64,000 nucleotides of DNA from IMG/VR virus record IMGVR_UViG_3300009151_000035, positions 1-64,000 of that record; one strand, given 5' to 3'. Source of the stretch: a virus. This document shows positions 49,891-57,685 of the stretch, piece by piece; the first letter of the stretch is position 1, and every line of letters starts with the position of its first letter. A program made the position numbers and the translations under genes. Under the pieces are notes generated by a model, which was not told the origin of the DNA, did no database searches, and saw nothing but the letters and a program-made list of their open reading frames with translations.

Positions 49891-50931
49891 ATGGATCCTA
49901 TATTTGTAACAGAAAAAATTGATACAACCAACAGCAGAGCTTACCTTTGGCCGCTGATTCCAAAAGATTCAGTAGTAATCACTCAGAATATCATATACAC
50001 TATCAATGATATACCCAATCTAAAAGCACATTTGCCCGATGTAGGAGATCAACCAATTTACTATGATTTATCTTACAGTCCTGAAGTATTAGATACTGAA
50101 CACATAACTGGTATTTTTGATAAGTTGAAAGAAATTGCCCCACTCAAAATTATAGTCAACGAATACAAAAAATTTTACAATCCACACAAAGATTTTATAT
50201 TTTTTCCACTGGTTTTTTATTCATACTCATATGGTGCTTATCAGATTCCGATAAATCGTGTTGACTTGCCAAAGTTTGAGAAAAAAATAAAACCATTTAT
50301 GAGTCTAAACAATCGTCCAATATGGCACAGAATTTGGTTGTTTACTGAATTGGCCAGCAACAATTTGCTTGACAAATTTGACTACTCATTTGTATGGAAT
50401 CCAAAAGTAAATTGTCCCGGCATGGAACACCAACTTGATCTGCTGCCTGATCAAAAACGTATACAAGCAGAATCCATGCTGGATTTACTTCCCATTAGAT
50501 TTGAACATGAAAAACACAAAGACTTCAATGCAGATCAATACACCAGTCTTAAAATCCACAATGAATGCGCTGTAAACATTGTAACTGAAAGTTGTCCAAA
50601 TTTGGGTTTTTTAACTGAAAAAATATGCAAGCCATTGGTGTGTTATCAAATTCCCATACTGTTAAGTCATGCCGGTGCCACACAATTTTGTCAGGATGCA
50701 GGATTTGATATGTTTGAGGACATCATACCTTGGCGCACGTGGGATCAAATTGAAGACGAACAAGAACGATGCATGGTTGCTTGCAAGTTTATTGTGGAGT
50801 ATATCAAACATGGTGATGCGTTGGCAGACTGGAACCGTTGTCAAGATAGAGTGATTGCCAATCGTGAACGCTTGGTCAGTGATGACTTTAAAAAATTTTG
50901 CACTGCACAATTCTATTTAGGCACACCATGA
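49891..50931 (+). CDS. Hypothetical glycosyltransferase-like protein
   Basis: FMSLNNRP.WHRIWL...AVNIVTES....FLTEKICKPL....GFDMF.DIIPW.TWD, shared with 48975..49859. Confidence 0.55.
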   Translation: MDPIFVTEKIDTTNSRAYLWPLIPKDSVVITQNIIYTINDIPNLKAHLPDVGDQPIYYDLSYSPEVLDTEHITGIFDKLKEIAPLKIIVNEYKKFYNPHKDFIFFPLVFYSYSYGAYQIPINRVDLPKFEKKIKPFMSLNNRPIWHRIWLFTELASNNLLDKFDYSFVWNPKVNCPGMEHQLDLLPDQKRIQAESMLDLLPIRFEHEKHKDFNADQYTSLKIHNECAVNIVTESCPNLGFLTEKICKPLVCYQIPILLSHAGATQFCQDAGFDMFEDIIPWRTWDQIEDEQERCMVACKFIVEYIKHGDALADWNRCQDRVIANRERLVSDDFKKFCTAQFYLGTP

Positions 50932-51626
50932 AAATATCAGAATCTAATACCTGCCCAGGGGCAGCAACTTTTCATCCTGGATCAATTTGCAATCTTGCCT
51001 GTGTGACATGTGGTCCTGAGGCCAGCACAAGATGGCAAAAAGAACTTGGTATTCCAATTGTTCCTGGCAACCCTCGTGACATTGATCCAGAGACTATCAT
51101 GAGAGCCAAACAAATGACTGGAGTGGTAATTTGTGGCGGCGAACCAATACTGAATCACAGTTCAGAAGTTATACTAGAACATCTAAATGTTGATCAAAAT
51201 ATAAGAATTCACTTCAATGGAACAGTAATGCCCAAACAAAGTTTCTTGGACAAATCTGCCAGATTTCAATACATTCAATATTGTTTCAGTATTGATGGAG
51301 TAGGTGAAAGATTTGAATACTTGCGCTGGCCTGCCAAATGGAATCAAGTGGTTGATAACATTTTGTGGTTGGTTAGTGCTGCACCTGACAATGTGGGGTT
51401 TGCTGTCAATATCACAGTTTCGCAATTGAACAAACCATATTATACCGAAGTGATTGATTGGATTGATCAAACTATACCCCAAAACAAGCAAGGCACGAAA
51501 ACAGTTGTAACTTTCAATCAAGCTGGTGATAATTTGCTGTCGCTAGATTACTTAGAGAGCATTGATAAAAAAAGAAATTTAGACTGGAGAGTATTGTTTC
51601 CAAAAGCAACAGAATATATTTTATGA
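50928..51626 (+). CDS. Radical SAM protein (short)
   Basis: CNLACVTC...S..W, GGEP, FSIDGVGERFEYLRWP..W; ATG at 50928 overlaps the upstream TGA. Confidence 0.85.
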   Translation: MKISESNTCPGAATFHPGSICNLACVTCGPEASTRWQKELGIPIVPGNPRDIDPETIMRAKQMTGVVICGGEPILNHSSEVILEHLNVDQNIRIHFNGTVMPKQSFLDKSARFQYIQYCFSIDGVGERFEYLRWPAKWNQVVDNILWLVSAAPDNVGFAVNITVSQLNKPYYTEVIDWIDQTIPQNKQGTKTVVTFNQAGDNLLSLDYLESIDKKRNLDWRVLFPKATEYIL

Positions 51627-52480
51627 AAATATTCCGACATTCCATTCAAGATGCATTTTTGGTAGTGCAAGCTCTAACTACTGTAATTGTGGCGTTGGCG
51701 TTTGCTATCATTGACCCAGACTATGTTTGGTGGCTGGTGTTTCTGCCTGTGCATGTGATGTTGATGCTGTGTTGCAACAACACATCATTGCATCATCATA
51801 GCCATTGGGAAACATTCCATAGTAAAACACTAAATCGTGTGTATGAGTGCATGTTGTCAGTTGCCGGAGCAACACCTGTGCAAGTTTATAGAAATGCTCA
51901 TTTGATTCATCACAAGTTTGTAAACGATCCTCCTGTGAGCAAAGATACAATCAGTGTGTTAGCTAAAGGAACTAAAGGGCAAGCAGAAAACGCATGGAAA
52001 TTTTGTCTAGGGTGGAGTGTAAAAACTAACTTTTTATATAGTTGGATAACTGGCCGGGTAAAATCAATGCCCTTGGTCAAACATGCACACTGGCAGAGAG
52101 AAGCAGTAGCATTGGCAGCTTTTACATTGCTTTTGTTGTTGCTGAATTTTGAATACGGACTTTGGTGGTTCTGTGTGGTGTGCCCAGTCATGCAGTTTTT
52201 GAATGCTGCCTGGCACTATGGAGAACACTGGGGCGCACATGATCGCAGAGGTGATACCACACAAGACTCTGTGGGCGTTTACAACTGGTGGTACAACACT
52301 TTTTGTTTCAATTCTGGACTGCATCAAGAGCATCATCACAAGCCTGGTGTGCACTGGACTCGATTACCGTCAATAACACCATTGTTGCCCACCAATAGAG
52401 TCATGGCCACGGGCATGCATGTTTTTAATGTACCTTGGTCACAAGATTTTAAAAAGTTAGTTAAACTTTCATCCAACTGA
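51623..52480 (+). CDS. Membrane fatty-acid desaturase family protein
   Basis: Three His boxes (HHHSH, HLIHH, HQEHH) with hydrophobic segments and N.GLH.EHH.KP..HW..LP. Confidence 0.88.
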   Translation: MKIFRHSIQDAFLVVQALTTVIVALAFAIIDPDYVWWLVFLPVHVMLMLCCNNTSLHHHSHWETFHSKTLNRVYECMLSVAGATPVQVYRNAHLIHHKFVNDPPVSKDTISVLAKGTKGQAENAWKFCLGWSVKTNFLYSWITGRVKSMPLVKHAHWQREAVALAAFTLLLLLLNFEYGLWWFCVVCPVMQFLNAAWHYGEHWGAHDRRGDTTQDSVGVYNWWYNTFCFNSGLHQEHHHKPGVHWTRLPSITPLLPTNRVMATGMHVFNVPWSQDFKKLVKLSSN

Positions 52481-53609
52481 GATATTGAGCTATTTTCTTT
52501 GTGACTGATGCCCAGTCATCCTGTACAGGTTGTCTAAAAAGTCGTGCAGTAGAATACCAAGGTGAGTCATCACGATTCAGCAAGTAACGCCAATCTGTTC
52601 CAAACCAGTTGAGCATGATCCAAGTGGGTCTACCCAGTGCGCCTGACAGATGTGACACAGCAGTGTCAACTCCAATCACCACATCCATGGCCATGACTAG
52701 TGCCGCAGTGTCGGCAAAACTTTGTATTGAGCCCGGAAATCTACTCACACCAGCTGCGGCCAATTCAGATTCTTCAGCTTCACTGGCATCAATCTGCAAG
52801 TTAACCCACTCATATTGAGGATTGGCTTTGATCAACTCTAACATCACAGGGAACGGCATGCCTTTATGCTCGTTCAGCCAGTTGTCTTTTCTACCACTCC
52901 AGCAGAATCCCACTCGCATGCGATTCTTTGGACCCAGGCGTTGCAACCACTCTTGTTGTTTGTCCATGTCAGCATTGAGATAGTTTACTGGCTTTGGCAA
53001 GTTTTCTAGTGTGACACCCAATATACCTGGAATACTCATGATAGGAGTCCAGTAGTCAAAGTCGCCTACATCATCAGTATATCTACCAATGGCTTCCAGC
53101 AGAGGACTTCCGTACAATAGTGGAATAAGTGAGTCTGTGACTTTGAGTTTGATCTTAGCACCCATTGTGTGCAGGTTGTAGATAAATCTCACAAACTGAA
53201 TGTTGTCTCCGTGGCCTTGTTCGCCTTCTACAAGTATAGTTTTGTCTTTAAGGTCTTGCCCAGTCCAGCGTGGCTGTGTGTACTTGGGCAGTTGTCCTGC
53301 CAAGTGTTCGTAGTTCCAGCGAGTTTCATACTGGCGCCAGCCATCTCGATAGTTGCCTAACTGTAACAGTGCAACAGCAAGATTAAATTGTGCTGTGGCT
53401 GATGTGGGTTCTAGTACGATGGCATGTTGTAAAAATGGTATGGCTCTAGCAGGCTGTCCGCACTCTCTCATGACATTGCCATAGTTGTTCCAAGCCGCTG
53501 ACGAATCTGGATCTTCAACAAATGCCTGAGCATAACATTTGAGAGCTTCTAAGGGGCGATGTTGTGCTCTAAGGTCGTTGCCTTGAGCAATAAGAGTGTT
53601 TGTGTCCAT
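52461..53609 (-). CDS. TPR-repeat glycosyltransferase family 9-like protein
   Basis: N-terminal TPRs (AWNNYG, AQFNLA), YETRW, W.G..L..KTILV.GEQG.GD.IQFVRF, and DTAAL...MD.VI.VDTAV.HL.GALG.PTW. Confidence 0.88.
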   Translation of the reverse strand: MDTNTLIAQGNDLRAQHRPLEALKCYAQAFVEDPDSSAAWNNYGNVMRECGQPARAIPFLQHAIVLEPTSATAQFNLAVALLQLGNYRDGWRQYETRWNYEHLAGQLPKYTQPRWTGQDLKDKTILVEGEQGHGDNIQFVRFIYNLHTMGAKIKLKVTDSLIPLLYGSPLLEAIGRYTDDVGDFDYWTPIMSIPGILGVTLENLPKPVNYLNADMDKQQEWLQRLGPKNRMRVGFCWSGRKDNWLNEHKGMPFPVMLELIKANPQYEWVNLQIDASEAEESELAAAGVSRFPGSIQSFADTAALVMAMDVVIGVDTAVSHLSGALGRPTWIMLNWFGTDWRYLLNRDDSPWYSTARLFRQPVQDDWASVTKKIAQYLSWMKV

Positions 53610-53651
53610 GGCTATATTTAAGGTGTAGTTGGTTCCATTTTACATTTTCGC

Positions 53652-53742
53652 TAAATACTTGTCAACGCAATTTGGCGTTTTATGCAGCTCACCACTGCGT
53701 AGCGGCTAGAACCCGCATTGGGCTTCTATAAGGAGAAATCAA
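53652..53742 (+). promoter_or_regulatory. Late promoter plus structured 5' leader (three hairpins, possible pseudoknot) before the SD
   Basis: TAAATA 53652-53657; stems AACGC/GCGTT, TATGCAG/CTGCGTA and GCGG/CCGC; loop TAGAA is complementary to TTCTA next to SD AAGGAG. Confidence 0.5.
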
Positions 53743-54567
53743 ATGGGAAGAGCTCTAAAAATTCAAAAGTACGGTACCGCACAAGGTATCACAATCAATA
53801 CAAATGGCACAGTAAATCAACCCGCCGCCGCTGTAATAATTGACGTTGGCTATCCAAATTTTAACAGTTTGACTGATCCAGTGTTTAACGCACCTGTTCA
53901 GACTCTGTCTGGCACCGAATATCTAGGTGTGGTTGGCGGTTTAAGCACCACAGCAACCACATCAACCAATCCTATCATTCTTCCACAAGTTAATATCTTG
54001 TTGTCAAACAACAGTTCTACTGGTGCAGGTGCAGGTCGTTTGATCCGTCAGAAAGGTGCGCACAAGTTTTTGGTAGCTTATGTTGCTGCTACCACTGCTG
54101 ATGAAGATTTTATTGTTGGTCAAGCATATAGTATTGCTGTGGTAGGCTCAACCAATTGGGCCGCAGTTGGTGCAGGTTCAAGCAATGTGGCAGTAGGCGA
54201 CATTTTCACTGCTACTGCTGTTGGATCTGGTACAGGTGAAGCATATCCAGTTGGTCAATGTGTGTTGTCCAACACTGGTACACCCACAGCTGGCAACATG
54301 TGTATTGAGTATTCAGTAGGCGACAGTTCTGCTGTGTATGCTTCTTACATTACCAACAAGTGGATCCGCGATTGGAACGGTATGACTTATGATACCTATA
54401 GTAACAGCAATCTTGGACCAAACACCTACACTAATGAAAACTTCTATCCTGTGAACTTCTTCACAGACGAAGGCACAGTTACATGGTCTGGCGCTGAAAT
54501 TATCAACAGCATTGCGGCTCAAAATGGTTCTTTACAATTGGCGCAAGTGGTCAAAACCACAAGCTAA
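53743..54567 (+). CDS. Virion structural protein (hypothetical, possibly head decoration)
   Basis: 274 aa, MGRALK start, IRQKG..KFLV motif, strong SD and late promoter; carries a module shared with the giant protein. Confidence 0.65.
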   Translation: MGRALKIQKYGTAQGITINTNGTVNQPAAAVIIDVGYPNFNSLTDPVFNAPVQTLSGTEYLGVVGGLSTTATTSTNPIILPQVNILLSNNSSTGAGAGRLIRQKGAHKFLVAYVAATTADEDFIVGQAYSIAVVGSTNWAAVGAGSSNVAVGDIFTATAVGSGTGEAYPVGQCVLSNTGTPTAGNMCIEYSVGDSSAVYASYITNKWIRDWNGMTYDTYSNSNLGPNTYTNENFYPVNFFTDEGTVTWSGAEIINSIAAQNGSLQLAQVVKTTS

Positions 54568-54585
54568 TTAGATTTGATCCTACCG

Positions 54586-54616
54586 TCCTCCTTGCTAACT
54601 ACAAGGAGGATTTTTT
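54586..54616 (+). terminator. Terminator-like hairpin that also sequesters the SD of the next gene
   Basis: TCCTCCTTG-CTAACTA-CAAGGAGGA followed by TTTTTT and the ATG at 54617. Confidence 0.7.
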
Positions 54617-55189
54617 ATGAGCATGGCATTTGTATTAGGCAATGGGGTCAGCAGACAAGGTGTTAATTTAGAAAATTTACGCACCCACGGCACAATCTAT
54701 GGGTGTAATGCTTTGTACAGAGACTTTGTACCAGATGTTTTGATTGCCACAGATCGTCCAATAAGCGAGCAAATACAGCATAGCGGCTACCCACTCAAAC
54801 ACAAATTCTACACCAGAAGACCACTTGATGGACTTGGTGCGCATCGTGTGCCTGAACAATACTGGGGCTATAGTTCTGGACCACTAGCAGCAGCCATTGC
54901 AGCCCAAGATAAACACTTGAACATCTATTTGCTAGGATTTGACATGGCTGGCATTAACAATAGATTTAACAATGTGTATGCAGACTCTGAATTCTACAAA
55001 CCCAGTGCTGCAAATCCAACGTTTACTGGCAATTGGGAACGACAATTGCTTAAAGTCATGCAAGACTATCCCAACACAAACTTCATTAGAGTGCATGGTG
55101 CAGTCACAGCAGATGTGCCAGAATTCCAAAAACACCCCCGATACTCGCGTCAAACCATAGCTGAATTTCAAACTCAATTTGGCGTTTGA
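54617..55189 (+). CDS. Hypothetical protein, Maf/DUF115/sialyltransferase-like fold
   Basis: AFVLGNGVSR...IYGCNALYRDF.PD.LIATD...SSG..A...A......IYLLGFD matches this Rossmann-like family. Confidence 0.6.
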   Translation: MSMAFVLGNGVSRQGVNLENLRTHGTIYGCNALYRDFVPDVLIATDRPISEQIQHSGYPLKHKFYTRRPLDGLGAHRVPEQYWGYSSGPLAAAIAAQDKHLNIYLLGFDMAGINNRFNNVYADSEFYKPSAANPTFTGNWERQLLKVMQDYPNTNFIRVHGAVTADVPEFQKHPRYSRQTIAEFQTQFGV

Positions 55190-55245
55190 CCCAAAAATAG
55201 CATACGCTGGGTTCTGGTAAATACACCATAGGACCCAGATTCAGC

Positions 55246-57675
55246 ATGAGTGAACCACAACAATATATCAATGTAGGCCAAGTTGCCAACGATGGCACCG
55301 GGGAATCTCTGCGCGATGCGTTTAACGCAGTAAACAACAATTTTGCCAATGTGTGGGCTGCTGGCCCTGTAAACTCGCAAGTTGTTATTTCCTACAACCG
55401 TGTCAGTACAAACGAAACCAATCTTGATCTAATCTTGGCTGGCAATGGCATAGGCAATGTCACAGTGGCCAGCACTACTGTGCCTAGCATTGATGCAGTA
55501 TATGATTTGGGCAGGGCCAATCGAAGATGGGACGAAATTCATGCTGTTTACTACTATGGTAATGGTGCTTATTTAACAGGTATCACAGGCAACGGTGGTG
55601 GTGGTCCAAATGTGTATTTCAGCCAAGGCGCACCTGGCAATGCCAGCATAGGCGACATCTGGATTGAGTCAGACACTGGTGTTCAGTATATTTACTTTAA
55701 TGACGACACTTCAAATCAGTGGGCTGAGATGGAAGCCTATCAAAGTTTCAGTTCAGGTGGCAATGGAACAGCCAACACTGGCAATTGGGCATTTAGTGGC
55801 AATAACTTTTACAATCTCAATGGCGGAAATATAACTAACGGTGACCTCACTCATGGTTACACAGCAGGAATAAACATCCCTACCAATGGCGATGCCAATG
55901 CTATTTTGTTAAACAATACCTACGGTAATATTATATTGCAGGCAGGAGCCAATTCTGATCCTACTGCTACCTGGATATTTGGCAATGATGGCAATTTAAC
56001 CATCCCAGGCAATGCCACCATTCAGCCACTCGGCGATGATCTCACAATTGACGCTTCGACTGGCAATGTGTATGTCAAGAGCAAAGGGCATACATTCTTA
56101 TTTGATGCCAATGGTGTTGGACGCTTTGTCATGCCCGACAATGGTAAGATTGCCGCAGACTCAAACTTATCAATCAATGTGGGTGACTGGGCCAACAGTG
56201 CCGGTAGCCTTTGGACCTTTCATGCAGATGGCAATACAACATTGCCTGGAAATTCAACAATAACCACATCTGAAGGTGCATTCTTAACCACACGAACATT
56301 CAGTGGCAATGCCTACACTCAACAAAATCAGGACACAAATACTTGGGAAATTTATCCTGAAGATGATGTCACAGGACCAAACTCTGCGTGGGCTTGGATC
56401 AAAGCATCTTTATACACAGCGGATACACCTGAAGTGTTTATTGAAAATCAAAAGGGCAGTGACGGTGTTCCACATCGTTGGACATTTGATGCCAATGGCA
56501 ACTTAACGCTACCAGCCAACACATTTGCTGTAAATTATGCCAACGGCGATCCAGTATCATTGGGTGGCGGGGCAACCAATCTCATTGCCAACGGTAACAG
56601 CTATGCCAACATAGCCACAGCAGACGGCAATTTGGTGGTTAATGTGGGCACGGATGGCTACGGAACTTGGACATTTGAAACAGGCACGGGCAATTTAATT
56701 GGCCCAGGTAATGCCAGTCAAGGTGCTGGCATTGTGTTCAGCACAGAACAAAGTGTTTACATCCGTGAGGACATGGGGCAACTAAACATCGATGCTTTCC
56801 ACACAGTAATCACAAGCAATTCTGGCAACATTGGCAACATCCAATCTTGGAACTTTGACAACGATGGTAACTTGACTGTGCCGGGCAACATAATCGGCAA
56901 CAATCTTGGCAATCCAATGTATATCACCGGCGCAACTGCTAATGTTGACGGTCTGGCAGGGTCATTGGTATTAAGTGGTGGTAGCACAATTAACGGGTTC
57001 AGCGGAATTCCTTCTGCTGGTGGAACATTGGAATTAAATGGTGGTAATGCAACTGGGTGTGCAACTGTGGGCGGCAGTGTTCTAATTAATGCAGGACAAG
57101 GAGACGGTGGCTGGGGGGATATAACTCTAACAGTCAACTCAAAATCCACAGTGTTCAACTACGCTGGTCAAGCGATACTGCCTGCGGTCAAGATCGGCAC
57201 AGAAAATAGTTACGATCCAGGTAATCCTTACGAAGGTGAGCAGTTGGGCCTATACGGCACACGCAGAATCATATCACCTAACTCGGGCGGCACCAATCAA
57301 GTTACGGTGTCGACTATTATACAAAGTCCACAGTTTGGATCTCCACAGGTGGTCTACACTGCATACAACGCAAATGTCTGGGCATTTAAAATGACCATGC
57401 GTATTCAACACGGTGCCGGCACATCACCAACACCACAAAATATGCAGATGGCTGATATTTTTGCCGCAAGAAATGATTCGGGCGACATAACTTACAGCAT
57501 AACCAATCGACTCAAAACAGATCCAACCGAAGATGATGTGGTGATTGTTCCTGCCTATGATCCCATCTACGGCACCATGTTCATCAATGCCACTGCTACT
57601 GGTAACGGAACAGCCAGCAATGGATCATACTACTTTACATTCGATGTTGTAGAATTTAACCAGACATACGACTAA
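55246..57675 (+). CDS. Tail-fibre-like protein with gp9/gp10-type N-terminal attachment motif
   Basis: INVGQVANDGTGESLRDAFNAVNNNF N-terminus; repeated W.F...GNL..P units; TAAATA at 55218-55223. Confidence 0.75.
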   Translation: MSEPQQYINVGQVANDGTGESLRDAFNAVNNNFANVWAAGPVNSQVVISYNRVSTNETNLDLILAGNGIGNVTVASTTVPSIDAVYDLGRANRRWDEIHAVYYYGNGAYLTGITGNGGGGPNVYFSQGAPGNASIGDIWIESDTGVQYIYFNDDTSNQWAEMEAYQSFSSGGNGTANTGNWAFSGNNFYNLNGGNITNGDLTHGYTAGINIPTNGDANAILLNNTYGNIILQAGANSDPTATWIFGNDGNLTIPGNATIQPLGDDLTIDASTGNVYVKSKGHTFLFDANGVGRFVMPDNGKIAADSNLSINVGDWANSAGSLWTFHADGNTTLPGNSTITTSEGAFLTTRTFSGNAYTQQNQDTNTWEIYPEDDVTGPNSAWAWIKASLYTADTPEVFIENQKGSDGVPHRWTFDANGNLTLPANTFAVNYANGDPVSLGGGATNLIANGNSYANIATADGNLVVNVGTDGYGTWTFETGTGNLIGPGNASQGAGIVFSTEQSVYIREDMGQLNIDAFHTVITSNSGNIGNIQSWNFDNDGNLTVPGNIIGNNLGNPMYITGATANVDGLAGSLVLSGGSTINGFSGIPSAGGTLELNGGNATGCATVGGSVLINAGQGDGGWGDITLTVNSKSTVFNYAGQAILPAVKIGTENSYDPGNPYEGEQLGLYGTRRIISPNSGGTNQVTVSTIIQSPQFGSPQVVYTAYNANVWAFKMTMRIQHGAGTSPTPQNMQMADIFAARNDSGDITYSITNRLKTDPTEDDVVIVPAYDPIYGTMFINATATGNGTASNGSYYFTFDVVEFNQTYD

Positions 57676-57685
57676 GGAATAATAA

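Noticed and set aside
50898-50927. Upstream TTG start of the third radical SAM gene given in the track
   Set aside because: ATG at 50928 forms a standard ATGA overlap with the preceding stop and is the more plausible start.
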